34,574 bases of DNA. Source: Octopus bimaculoides (lineage: Eukaryota). The notes under the pieces are model-generated. The model did not search any database. It saw only the letters and a list, made by a program, of their open reading frames with translations, and was not told the DNA's origin. Made by a program: the position numbers and the translations under genes. Shown piece by piece: positions 20,461 through 32,319 of the stretch (its first letter is position 1; every line of letters starts with the position of its first letter). The stretch covers positions 103,544,226 through 103,578,799 of the forward strand of contig NC_068981.1 in the NCBI RefSeq assembly GCF_001194135.2. The letters run 5' to 3'.

Positions 20461-20543
20461 AAACGTTAATTTGAGAGCGAAATCTTCTGGCAATGTATAT
20501 TTCTACAAGTTGGAAAACATGTATGTTAACTACTTCTTTTCTG

Positions 20544-20779
20544 CAGGGTGTTCAAAACGTCTCTCCGCAGTAAGTCTCAGCCTAGGAAGTGCTCACACGG
20601 CAATGAAAAAAAAATTTAATTTAACGTATTGAAAATGAAGGACGACACTTTCAGCACCTCTTATAAAGATTTTTAAAGTCTTGTAAAATCTAATATATTC
20701 TTTTGTAGTCTTATACCATCTTATAAATATTTATTTTGCAATAAAATACTTACTGCAGAGAGACCTTTTGAACACCCTG
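20544..20779. mobile_element. Tc1/mariner-type MITE, 236 bp
   Basis: 32-bp terminal inverted repeats CAGGGTGTTCAAAA(C/G)GTCTCTC(C/T)GCAGTAAGT, 30/32 match; TA at right flank, TG at left. Confidence 0.88.
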
Positions 20780-21779
20780 TACTTCTGTACCATGATTTGC
20801 TAGAGCAATTGTGGTATATAATAGAAAGGCTAACTCGGAGATATTCACTTAATGTTACTTTCTACAACACTGAACTGTTTTCGTTCACCCAAATTGAATA
20901 TGTGTCAAGTTTCATTTACACTTTATCTCTTTCTACCGGGCCAATTTTCATAACACTTTTTCTACTGTCCACATTATCTAAGTGGCAATCCATAACACAT
21001 ATATATAAATTTGGATTTGATTGTTGTTTTGAATTAAGATTCGTTAAATCCTATGCTAGAATACTGTCAACATTCTAACTGCTATTGCATTATTATACTA
21101 GTAGGATCGGGAGAGGTGTATTTTCTATCAGCAAGTGGAAAATAAAGAAAAAAAATCATAATTGTTTATTGCTTTTTGTTTCACTACAGTTTCTATGGTG
21201 GTTTCAGAAAGTGCTAATCATTATATTTTCTTGTTTTGAAGTGAAAGGAGTACAAGCAGATTATAACTCGCAACGTACGTACTTATGAACTAATAAAAAC
21301 ACCCATCACCAAAAGATTTCTCATTCTATTAGCGAAATACATGATTTGAGACAGTTCAGAGACAGTCGATTCTGTTTTGTATTGCTGCATCTTCGGTGCT
21401 TGGGAGGGGGGATTAGGAGGGCATTCGGTGTGATGTCATGTAAATGACTAAAGAGAAATTTTTTTTCAGTTTCATCCAAGAGATTTGAAATGACCGACAC
21501 ATAACTGATTGATTAGTTAATGATTCTTACAGTACATCTAATAAACATTAATCGTCTCGAACGTAAAATGCTATTAGATGTTCTTGCAATTAGTCGATCA
21601 TTATTATATTTTTTGTAAGAAACTGAATGTAAAATGTAAATCGTTAATGAGAGTTGGGGCCAGTGTATATCTTTTACACTAGAATTTCTGACACAAGTTT
21701 ATGCATACTTCAAGCAGACAAACCTGCACATTGCAATACTAAAGTACATGACTGCTTGTTCTATGAAGGTTGACACATG

Positions 21780-22225
21780 TTTGATGTGTGTGTGTATACA
21801 CATATACATATATGTGCATACACGCACACATATATATGCATATATATGTATATAATTAAATAATTAACTATATTCGTGTATATACGCATGTATGTATTTA
21901 TATGTGTGTGTGTGTGTGTATGTGTGTAAATATATATATATACATATGCATGTATGTATATATATATATGTGTGTGTGCATATATATGTATGTATATACG
22001 TACGCACATTTATACATGCATACAGACATACAAATAAATAGATCGATTGCATGATTGATTGACTGATTGATTATGAGTATGTATATTATTATCACTGTAC
22101 ATTTACAGATGGTGTATGTATATATGTGTGGGCGTGTGTATGTGTGCGCGTGTGTGCCTGCGTGTGTATGTTTATGGTTTTATATACATGTATATACATT
22201 CATACATACATACATAAATATAAAT

Positions 22226-22320
<95 letters not shown>

Positions 22321-22460
22321 CACACACATACACACGGATGAAGGTGGAATGAGACAGACATTACATACATACGTAAATACATATATGCAGCTAGATAGAT
22401 AGATAGATAGATAGATAGATTGATAGATAGATAGATAGATAGATAGACACGTACGTATAT
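21780..22460. repeat. Compound (TG)/(TA)/(CA)/(GA)/(GATA) microsatellite field
   Basis: Directly visible. Confidence 0.95.
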
Positions 22461-23196
22461 ACACAGAATCGCATACGGAACGGAAACAGGAATTTCTATA
22501 AAAAGCTCTAAGCGAATTGAGAAATTGTTATTCACTAGTTTGTATGTATTAAGCCACCGGAGACATGATGTGTATTTAATCCAATCTGTTGTCGATTTTT
22601 CTTGTCCTTATGTCCCACGACGAAACGTAGCGGAAGTCAATCTCTTCCCCCACTATCTGGTTCTCTTTTTCTCCCTTTCTCTCCCCCTCCTCTTTCATTT
22701 AATTCGCTGTGCCTCAACATTTTCCTCTAATATTCTCTGTATTATGTCTTCATACGTTAACGCCAAACTGGAGATCATTATTCAACCTCTGTCAATCCTC
22801 TTTTTTAGATTACACTACGCGTATATCTTTGCACCATGCTAGAAGATTAGTTAGTAGATTACCTACCTAGAGAACTACATTTAAGAGTTTTTGCTGATTG
22901 GTGCTACATTTATAAGTCTTAACCAACTGGCGCGTTAAAGAAAATTGATCAATTTTGAAATGATCAATGAATTAAAACCAAAGGAATTATATATATATAT
23001 ATATATAATGAAGGTAGCTATACGCAATATAAAACCCAAATGGAAAAATTCAATTGTCCCTAATTGTGACTGAGGGTGCTGAGTAGCACCTATATTCCTA
23101 GATATATGAGTTAGAAACTCTTAGAGCTGCAAGAAAGTACATTTTTATATACTGACAGGGGAGATAACCGCCTCATACGCGAAGCCAGATCACTAG

Positions 23197-23239
23197 ACTA
23201 GACTAGTTTCACCTTAAAAATTACAAGCTCGTCATTTGT
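23197..23239 (-). ncRNA. Degenerate minimal type-I hammerhead ribozyme motif (Penelope-type)
   Basis: Minus: ACAA|ATGACGA|GCTT-GTAATTTTT-AAGGT|GAAAC TA GTC|TAGT; two substitutions from ACTA CTGACGA...GAAACTAGTC TAGT. Confidence 0.5.
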
Positions 23240-23639
23240 AACTACACCATTGCTGCATGCTTTCGGTTAAATCCAGATTATGTATTTAGTTGGGAATGGT
23301 CTTTGTTCTGATTGTTGTTGGATAGTGTGTTTGCCTGCTGCTTTTTCTTTCGTATATTCGTCGTTGTTTCATTTGCGTAATTTACCTTTGTTGTTGTTAA
23401 TGGAGGTGTTGTAAGCAGCGCTTGTGAATTTAAGGATTTAGCACACGCTGGGGTCACTATACACTTGGTGCTGTTTTATTTTGTTCCTTTCCATTATGAA
23501 TTTTTGAGATTTTTGCTTTTCTTAGGACTCATCTGCAGAGGGATGGTCAGTATAGTCCAGATGTTGTTATTGTAGCTCCTTCTTTCCATTGACACCACTG
23601 TTGCAATTGCTTCTGTTTGTTGTACATTGCTTTGGTATC

Positions 23640-24560
23640 AACAGCAGTGTGGCTCCCTCTTTTCCCCTCCTTGTTTTGGTTATGTAGGAAGAACGCTCTG
23701 AGACGGTCTATTGCTCTACAAACGTGGCATCTTGATCTTCTGCTCTTCTTTTACGTCTGCCTCATTCCTCAGGGAAGAAGACCTCCACTGTGATCCAAAA
23801 CTAATATTGCCGTCCCGTTCACATCCAATAAAGTTTCCCTCTCCTTCAACACAATGCATACCAATATTCACTGGGAAGTTAGCTTTTGTGGGACCCCGAT
23901 TTGTTACATTTACCGCTCTTCTTTCCAGGTATGTAGGGAAAAGAGTGAGGACTTCACTGCAGCAGGTAACCACTGAATCTTACACCGCGACTACTTCAGT
24001 CTTAAATAGGACTTCGACCCCGCGGATCTGTCTGCCCTAGATGCTCGATATATTGGCATACCTCAAGTGGACCGTTTCTGCTTGTGCGCTAGTGATCATC
24101 CCCTCTCTCATATCACCAAACTCTACTCTCTTACTCATGTCTCTCACACCAAATGACTCAAACTTATAGCTCACTCTCCTCTCACTGCTCTTTCTACTGC
24201 TACTATAGTGGCCTCAGTTCCTCGAAGATCACTGGTCCCGCGTCACCTTCAATCTGGAACTCACAAATCAGTCGCCTCTCCTCATATTGCCACGTATGCT
24301 ATATTCCTCCCACTCCTTACACTAACCAATATCCTTCCTCTGCAGAACATATATCTGTTAGCACCTCTCTGTACATTCATTTTACGCCAGTAGCCGTTCA
24401 TTTGCAACTGTTAAAGAGAAATATTAACTGCGTTGATCTCATCGTATTGCAGGCCCGGAGAAGGACATGGGTACAAAATATTTTTGCAGACCAACCCATT
24501 AAGAAGTAAAACACTTTATTCGGATTCCTGTCAACGCTGTCACTGCAATAGCCTCTTTGC
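23640..24560 (-). mobile_element. Decayed RTE-like LINE RT region; boundaries approximate
   Basis: Minus peptides VTNRGPTKANFPVNIGMH (cf. V.T..G.T..F.V..G.HQGS) and ILVLDH..LP*GM.AD (cf. .LV.D...PW..L.ADD); heavily frameshifted. Confidence 0.45.
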
Positions 24561-25820
24561 CTCTAGCATTATCGATTTTCTAACATGGAAACAAATCTAT
24601 GATTTCATTTTGTTCCAATACCCGGCTGGTATTTATTGTTCCCAGAAGGATGAAATACAAAATTTACCTCGACTAGATTACAAGTCATTACATAATGGGC
24701 CATGACTAAACACCACAAGGAATTTCGTCCAACTGCGTATCAATACAGTATTCAGTAACATTGATTTCTTCTACTGACACAAAGCCACAAATTTGGGATC
24801 TGGGGATTTAGGTGGGGAGATATATTCGATTATATGCACACAGTACTTGGTTAGGGATTTATTTTATTGTATTTTATTGTTCTCTTGAGGAATGAAAGAG
24901 AAAGTCAATCTCGCTGGCAAAATTTAATTTACCATCTGATTTAACATCACCACCAGTGACCGTTAGACGCGTTAGTGAAATTCACTCTCTTGTCCGTGTT
25001 CAGGTTATGTCCCTGGTTTGAGAATAACTGCCACCCCTTCCTCCTACTTGTGTCGGAGGTCCTCAGGAAACAAAGTGTCTGCCGTTGCCCACTGCCCTTT
25101 CTTCTTTCCATCACTTAAACGATAATAAAAGGAAGGCTGCTAAATGTCAGGCGACATTTTTGCCCGACCCCCTAACGATTCTGCCAAGCCACTGCCCTTG
25201 TCTCCACCAATATGAAGAGCTAAATATTTTGTTAATTCTTAACAAGTTTATTGATGCTTCATTACTTCAGAATTCGGAAAAGAAGATAATGCTGCGAAGA
25301 TTACGAGAAGAGAAAGATTTATTGCTTCGTATTAATATTTTCAGGAAGGATTTTCACACAAAATAAAAAAAAAAGACATCGGGAGTTTGTTTGTATTTAA
25401 TGATGAGTCATTTAAACTATGTAAGAATTCTATGATGGAATGGAATGGTAACTTTACCAGATTCTGTCATACTCTGTGAATATGTGACAGTCAGTTTGAA
25501 TGACACATAATAACACGGATGCCTGCACTTTTATATAAGAATAAGATAATACAGTCGACCAAGGATAATTCGTTTTACAGTTGTTGTTGTCGTTGCCATT
25601 GTTATTTTTGTCGTTGTAGTTATTGCTGTTGTTGTCATTGTTGTTGTAGCTTCTGAGTTGCTCAAACAGCAGAGCATTTTGCAATTTAGTTCATAGCTGA
25701 AAAATCCAGCCAGATTTTATTTTTTTGCTTTTCATTCTCGGGGGTCGATAAAACCTGTACTATTTAAGTCGTAATGTTCATTAACTCTATTACAATGTAA
25801 GATAATCATTATCGAAGTCG

Positions 25821-25885
25821 TTGTCGTCGTCGTCATCGTCATCATCATCATCATCATCATCATCATCTTCATCATTATCGTCTTC
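25821..25885. repeat. (TCG)n/(TCA)n microsatellite
   Basis: Directly visible. Confidence 0.93.
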
Positions 25886-26481
25886 AAATCTGCTGAAGTC
25901 GGCTTTGATTTTAACCCTTCGGTCTTCGCAAAATGTTATCTGCCAATTCCTAGTAAATATTTATCCTCTCCAAACAGTCAGACATTTTTATTATATTCCT
26001 TATGGTATTTGCTTCGGCTCTTTACATTCTGAGTTGAATTCAACCCAGTTTGACTTCGTCCCTTCAGAGTTGATGGAATATAGTACAAGTCAAGTACTGT
26101 GTTCGATGGTATCAGCCATCCACTGGTTCACGACCATGTTTTGCCTATGGAACCCTTTGATTCTTACTTTATTTTACTGACCCCATCCCACCTCCACCCC
26201 ATAGCCATTTGGTGCTTCAAAAAATCATATATTTTTATAATTAAATGTTATATAAAAAAAATTGTAAAAACATTCTGTGCATTGTAGAAGTATAAGCAGT
26301 TTATTGCGCACAAGTTTTAACAGAAAAATATTATATGGACCCTCAAGGGTCATACAGACCGCGGTTGAAAACCACAGGACTAACCCTTCCACACAATTGT
26401 TGACCTTGTGCCTAAATCAGAAACCATTATTGTTGTTGTTAATGATTTTGCTGTCGTTCCTGCTGGGGTTTATTAAAAGAC

Positions 26482-26805
26482 TCCCTTCAGTGATGAATGA
26501 TCATGGGATTTCACCTAGAAAGTTTCCCTCTAAGGCACCAGTCCAAGCAAGGTTGTCTATGGAAGACTAGCAATGCCCATGCATACAAGCCTCCCCTCTA
26601 TATACTATCGGTGTTGTTCAAGGGAAACGCAAAGGCCGATACAGCTTGGCACCAGTGATGTCGCAACTCATTTCTACAGCTGAGTGAACTGGAGCAACAT
26701 GAAATAAAGTGTCTTGCTCAAGAACACAACACACAGCCCGGTCCAGGAATCGAAGTCACTACCTCATGATTGTGAGCCCGATGCTCTAACCACTGAGTCA
26801 TGCGA
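26482..26805 (-). mobile_element. tRNA-derived SINE family B, long-tailed form
   Basis: rc has A-box-like tgactcagtggttaga, B-box-like acttcgattcc and shared core gttcttgagcaagacactttatttcatgttgctccagttcactcagctg. Confidence 0.85.
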
Positions 26806-26982
26806 AGGTGATGCATATTGAAGTAGTTTCTGGTTTTTATGATTTAACCCTAATCTACAAAGCTAACGGCATATTTATCACTTACATACATCTCCTACCG
26901 CTTCCGTTTTATGACAATGTACTCAACCTCGTTTCTCTCCCGTTGATAGGGGTTGGTAAGAGAGAATCGTCATAATCCAGTC

Positions 26983-27050
26983 CGTGGCTATGTATTAAGA
27001 AGCTTGCTACCCAACCACATGGTTTCGGGTTCTGTCTTTGGGAACCTGAG
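26983..27050 (+). mobile_element. SINE family C head fragment
   Basis: cgtggctatgtattaagaagcttgctacccaaccacatggtttcgggttc matches rc of 31321-31469. Confidence 0.75.
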
Positions 27051-27059
27051 TAGCCTCAT

Positions 27060-28260
27060 ACACGCTATTTTAGGGTTTCCCAAGGAACCTCGCCCAGAAA
27101 AGGGATTTTTATACACTCGATTGCCTAAAGAAAATCCATTAAGATAGGTGACCATTTTTGGTCCTGCCTTCTTTTCTACAAACAGGACAACTTCAAGATT
27201 GGGTTGCATAAATGCACGTAACTCAGGAGTCACATCAGAAATAGTGATGCCACCAGCAATGAATGTGATAGCTATCGGCGAGACCGAGATTTCCTTCACA
27301 CGTGCTATGTTGTCCACTTTTTATGATTTTGAGATCTACTCATCTTTGATCCGACGGAAACGAGAGACACAGCGGCAGTCTTCTGAAAGACAGGCCTGAA
27401 AATATGGTCGATCTCCTGGACCCGGGCAGTAAGTTGGTGATCCTAGACATGAAAAGTAGCTAAGACTAGTAGTTGCCTCCGACCCAACAAATATAGGACA
27501 ACGTCAAACATCTGGAGGTTTTTTTGGGAACGTTCCGCTTTTCAGTGTTAATGGTCGATTGGAATGCCATCCTGGGTGTATGTTAGGATTTGCAGCGCGC
27601 TGGCTGAAAGGTGAGGGGCAGCAAAAGCCTCTCAAAACTGCTCGGACGTTTCTAATTATCTAACAGGTACCATTATTCAGATCGTAATTAAATAGAGTAA
27701 TCTGTAAGCCAGCACTAAGGGATACGATAGGGAGTCCACAGTTCGAATTAGTCGACTCTTCAGACCACAAATTTATGATTTGTACGGTTGATTTAGGGAG
27801 GCTGCTTAGACAGAAGCTGGAAACTGAACGCGTCTTTCCCAGCGCGCCAAGCTTACAGAGACCAGATTAGAGAACTAATTAAGCCTAGGTTGACGGAAGC
27901 AGTCAACAACTGATGGCGCTTAGCCTTGAAAAGTGTTGTTAGATTAGTTTTGATAATGTATAATAAGCAAGTAGTCACAAAGAATTATTGTGCAAAAGAA
28001 GAACATAGTTAGGAACATAGGGGAGGCACTAAAGAACTAACACATTGGCAGCGAAATTGTCTCAAGGCCATTTCTTAATTGCTAAACACGAAGGTTGCGT
28101 TGTCAGAGCTTGAGTGTGTGTTCTCAAACATAATCAAACGAAAGCCATTCGAATGGCAGAGGATAACGTGGAAGGCTACAATTCGATCTTTGATCGATCG
28201 GCAGAAACATATGCTACTCGATTCCAAGATATATTTCAAGCCTTGTGCCTATCGAACAAC
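27060..28260 (+). mobile_element. Decayed L1/Tx1-clade LINE: possible ORF1 end plus ORF2 APE endonuclease and linker
   Basis: RLGCINAR..NVIAIGETE; DPGSKLVILD; VLMVDWNAIL (GDWN); SDHKF; SWKLNASF; KHEGCVVRA; ATIRSLID, in correct order with stops and frameshifts. Confidence 0.85.
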
Positions 28261-28669
28261 TATTTTTGTTGTTGTTGTTGTCGTCGTCTTTGTTATTATT
28301 GTTGTTGTTGAGCGACTAATTATAATGATTTTCGGAGAAACATTGCAGAGTATTTTTATCGCTATTCGGTGGAGAGAAGACCCAAATAAAGGATGGAAAC
28401 CACCAATACGTCATTCGTATTTTTTCATTGTGACGTACTTCCTTTTTTTAAACTTCACTCCATCATTGTTCATAAAATTTTCAACCAATCGTGGAGTTAA
28501 TGGCAAACGTGAAAATATATATATGTGTAGGGTTTATGTCTGAATATGAATATTGTGAACGAGAAAAAGGGGAAAAAAGAGAGATAGGAAAACGAAAACA
28601 AAAGAAAAAGTGCGAAAGAAGAGGATGAAAATGTTATGTGTTTCTTTTAATCTTTGTTTTCAGTTATTT

Positions 28670-28704
28670 ATCATCATCATCACCACCACCACCACCACCA
28701 CCAC

Positions 28705-28746
<42 letters not shown>

Positions 28747-28780
28747 TATTATTACTATTATTATTATTATTATTATTATT
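28670..28780. repeat. (ATC)/(ACC)/(ATT) trinucleotide repeat running into gap
   Basis: Directly visible. Confidence 0.95.
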
Positions 28781-29555
28781 NNNNNNNNNNNNNNNNNNNN
28801 NNNNNNNNNNNNNNNNNNNNNNNNNNNNNNNNNNNNNNNNNNNNNNNNNNNNNNNNNNNNNNNNNNNNNNNNNNNNNNNNNNNNNNNNNNNNNNNNNNNN
28901 NNNNNNNNNNNNNNNNNNNNNNNNNNNNNNNNNNNNNNNNNNNNNNNNNNNNNNNNNNNNNNNNNNNNNNNNNNNNNNNNNNNNNNNNNNNNNNNNNNNN
29001 NNNNNNNNNNNNNNNNNNNNNNNNNNNNNNNNNNNNNNNNNNNNNNNNNNNNNNNNNNNNNNNNNNNNNNNNNNNNNNNNNNNNNNNNNNNNNNNNNNNN
29101 NNNNNNNNNNNNNNNNNNNNNNNNNNNNNNNNNNNNNNNNNNNNNNNNNNNNNNNNNNNNNNNNNNNNNNNNNNNNNNNNNNNNNNNNNNNNNNNNNNNN
29201 NNNNNNNNNNNNNNNNNNNNNNNNNNNNNNNNNNNNNNNNNNNNNNNNNNNNNNNNNNNNNNNNNNNNNNNNNNNNNNNNNNNNNNNNNNNNNNNNNNNN
29301 NNNNNNNNNNNNNNNNNNNNNNNNNNNNNNNNNNNNNNNNNNNNNNNNNNNNNNNNNNNNNNNNNNNNNNNNNNNNNNNNNNNNNNNNNNNNNNNNNNNN
29401 NNNNNNNNNNNNNNNNNNNNNNNNNNNNNNNNNNNNNNNNNNNNNNNNNNNNNNNNNNNNNNNNNNNNNNNNNNNNNNNNNNNNNNNNNNNNNNNNNNNN
29501 NNNNNNNNNNNNNNNNNNNNNNNNNNNNNNNNNNNNNNNNNNNNNNNNNNNNNNN

Positions 29556-29556
<1 letters not shown>
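28781..29556. other. Assembly gap
   Basis: N run between (ATT)n and (CT)n. Confidence 0.99.
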
Positions 29557-29591
<35 letters not shown>

Positions 29592-30199
29592 CTCTCTCTC
29601 GCTTTGTCACTTTTCCCTACCCTCCATACTTTTGTGTCAAGTCTAGACTTATTTAGTTCTGTAATGGCATGAATGAATAAGATCGAAACCAGTTTGCCAT
29701 CTCAAAACAAATAAACGATTTCTTTTTTCGCCAAGCACGGGAGCAGTTTTATGGAATTAAATTAACATCATTACGGCTACTTATAGCTATGCAGCAAATA
29801 CGAATAAAAAAAAGTTCAAATCAACTCCAGCAAGTATTGACCTCAGGATTAAAAACTGGACGAAACTAAATCCTACACTGATTTATGTATTTAATACAAG
29901 ACAGTATTAATAATCTTAGTTAAGATTGATTATGGAGCATGAGAGGAAATAATACTTTTACATTTATATTCCAGCAGTTAGGGGAGATAACTTTGGATAT
30001 GTTTCTGTTCATGGAGTTTCATCAGCGGTAGTATAGCTTTACTGTAACTTACCCAAATATTACACAACGAATCACGAAGAAAATACAGAGGAAGACATAT
30101 TTGCAGAAGAAAAAAGAATGAGTTATTAAAAAATAAATTCATTCTGAGATTTATTAGCAGTTAATTTGCTGAACTTGAATTTCATGCAAGGAACATTAT

Positions 30200-30241
30200 G
30201 GGTTCAGTTTGTCTATCTCAGTCTTTGTCTCTTTCTCTTCC

Positions 30242-30275
<34 letters not shown>

Positions 30276-30540
30276 ACCCCCTTTCTCTTATGTACTCTCA
30301 CACACATATAAACACTCTCTGTCTGTTTCTGTCTCTCTGTCTTCCTTTCTCTTTCTCTCTCTTTCTCTCACACACTCTCTCTCATACATACACACACTCT
30401 CTGTCTGTCTGTCATTTTCTCTCTCTCTTTCTATTTTTCTCTCGCCCCCTCTTGCTCTCACACTCTCTCACGCACACACTATCTGTCTGTCTATCTGTCT
30501 GTCTATCTGTCTGCTTTCTCTCTCTCCTTCTCTCTCTCTC

Positions 30541-30575
<35 letters not shown>

Positions 30576-30667
30576 CCCTCTCTCTTACGCACTCTCACAC
30601 ACATATAAACACTCTGTCTGTCTGTCTGTCTCTCTGTCTGTCTGTCTGTCTGTCTCTCTGTTTTCCT

Positions 30668-30735
<68 letters not shown>

Positions 30736-30892
30736 TACACACTCACTCACACATACACACACTCTCTGTCTATCTGTCTCTTTCTCTCTGTCTGTCTGTC
30801 AGTCATTTTCTCTCTCTCTCTTTCTTTTTCTCTCTCGCCTCCTCTTGTTCTTACACACTCTCTCTCACACACACTGTCTGTCTGTCTGTCTA

Positions 30893-30980
<88 letters not shown>
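30200..30980. repeat. Compound CT/CA/CTGT pyrimidine tract with internal higher-order duplication
   Basis: Spacer motifs ctctcacacacatataaacactct (~30295, ~30595) and gtcattttctctctctct..ctcgcc..ctcttg (~30410, ~30800) each occur twice. Confidence 0.9.
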
Positions 30981-30982
<2 letters not shown>

Positions 30983-31320
30983 GGTGCGTGGACATGTGGA
31001 GACGTTAATTAGCGTGGGGGCTGATTGTTGATAGCTTTTATCTTATATCTTTTATTTTTTACTAGTTTCAGTCTTTAGGGTTTAGTCAAACAAATCGATC
31101 CCCGTACTTATTTGTTTTAGTTTAAAGTCTGGTAATTATTCCAGCGGTATCTTTTCTAAATTAATTTTAGAGTACGAAAACAAACCAGCACCAATTGTCA
31201 AAAGGTGTTGAGGGACAAGTACAAACACAGACACATACATGCACATACACTTATATACATACATAAATACATGTGCGTGTGCGTTTGTGTGTGTGTGTGT
31301 ATGTGTGTATGTGTGTGTAT

Positions 31321-31469
31321 AAGGGGCTTCTTTCAATTTTAGTCTACCAAATTCACTCACAAGGCTTTGGTCGGCCATAGTAGGAGACACTTGCCAAAGT
31401 GCCACGCTGTCAGACTGAACCCAGAACCATGTGGTTGATAAGAAAACTTCTTAACATAAAGCCACGCCT
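31321..31469 (-). mobile_element. tRNA-derived SINE family C
   Basis: rc aggcgtggctttatgttaagaagttttctatcaaccacatggttctgggttcagtctgacagcgtggcactttggcaagtgtct... Confidence 0.85.
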
Positions 31470-32125
31470 AAGTAGGTTGTGTGAAACTATGTGTGTGAGA
31501 ATATGAGAAGTGTTGAAGGAGCATATGAAATGGCAAGAACAAGGTGGAAGATTTTATTTATGTGTGTGCAAGTACATTAACCAGAACAAGTAAGAGTGGT
31601 TAAACGTTTTTTCAGGCGTGTATCTGTGAAACAAAGAAGGAAGTTTTATGCCAAAATTCGAAAATGGGAGAAAAAATGCTGGAGAATTTTGAATTTCAAG
31701 ATGAGAAGAAAATTTGAAAGTTTAGTAAAAAGTCCAAGAAATTGGTAGACAGTCCGAGAAATTGGTAAAGAGTTCAGAAGAAGGTAAAAAGTATCCGGGG
31801 AAAATGGTGTATTCAATCCAAAAAGAAGTTGAAATAACTTTGAAGTAAGAAGGGGAAAAGCAAGACATTGGTTCAATGAAAGAAAATGGCTGCTGAAATT
31901 GAAAGAAAAAAGTAAGCGCACGGAAAGATACAAGAGAAGAAGTGGCGTGAATGAGTAACAAAAGTTGTGTGAATGGGTTTGTGAAGAGGTGTAAGCAGGC
32001 TACAAACTGTGTAGCGGTCAATCAGAAGTGACAGATGGAAATGGACGAGAGAAATGGGTGATTCAAAAGTGTAGACCAAAACGAGTGTAGCAGAACGCGT
32101 ATTTGTATGTGTGTATGTCAGAGAG

Positions 32126-32172
<47 letters not shown>

Positions 32173-32319
32173 ATATGTGAAGAGTAGGTGTAGGGTGTTA
32201 TGAGTGTGTCAGTGTATCGGTGTGCATGTTTTTGTGTGCATATACATACATAAATTAAGTGAATGGCGAAAAAACGGAAGAAAATATACGTGAGAATGCC
32301 AGTGAATGTGTGTATATGT

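Noticed and set aside
25580-25700. Possible Thr- or Asn-rich minus exon after ggatttttcAG
   Set aside because: Frame openness is explained by the AAC repeat, the donor (GTAAAA) is weak, and the acceptor adjoins a SINE remnant
26988-27317. 109-aa protein-looking minus ORF (MDNIARVKEIS...), initially considered an endogenous viral gene
   Set aside because: Antisense shadow of the Tx1/L1 endonuclease start plus a SINE head
30166-31012. 280-aa Leu/Ser-rich ORFs
   Set aside because: Translation of (CT)n repeats, which cannot contain stop codons
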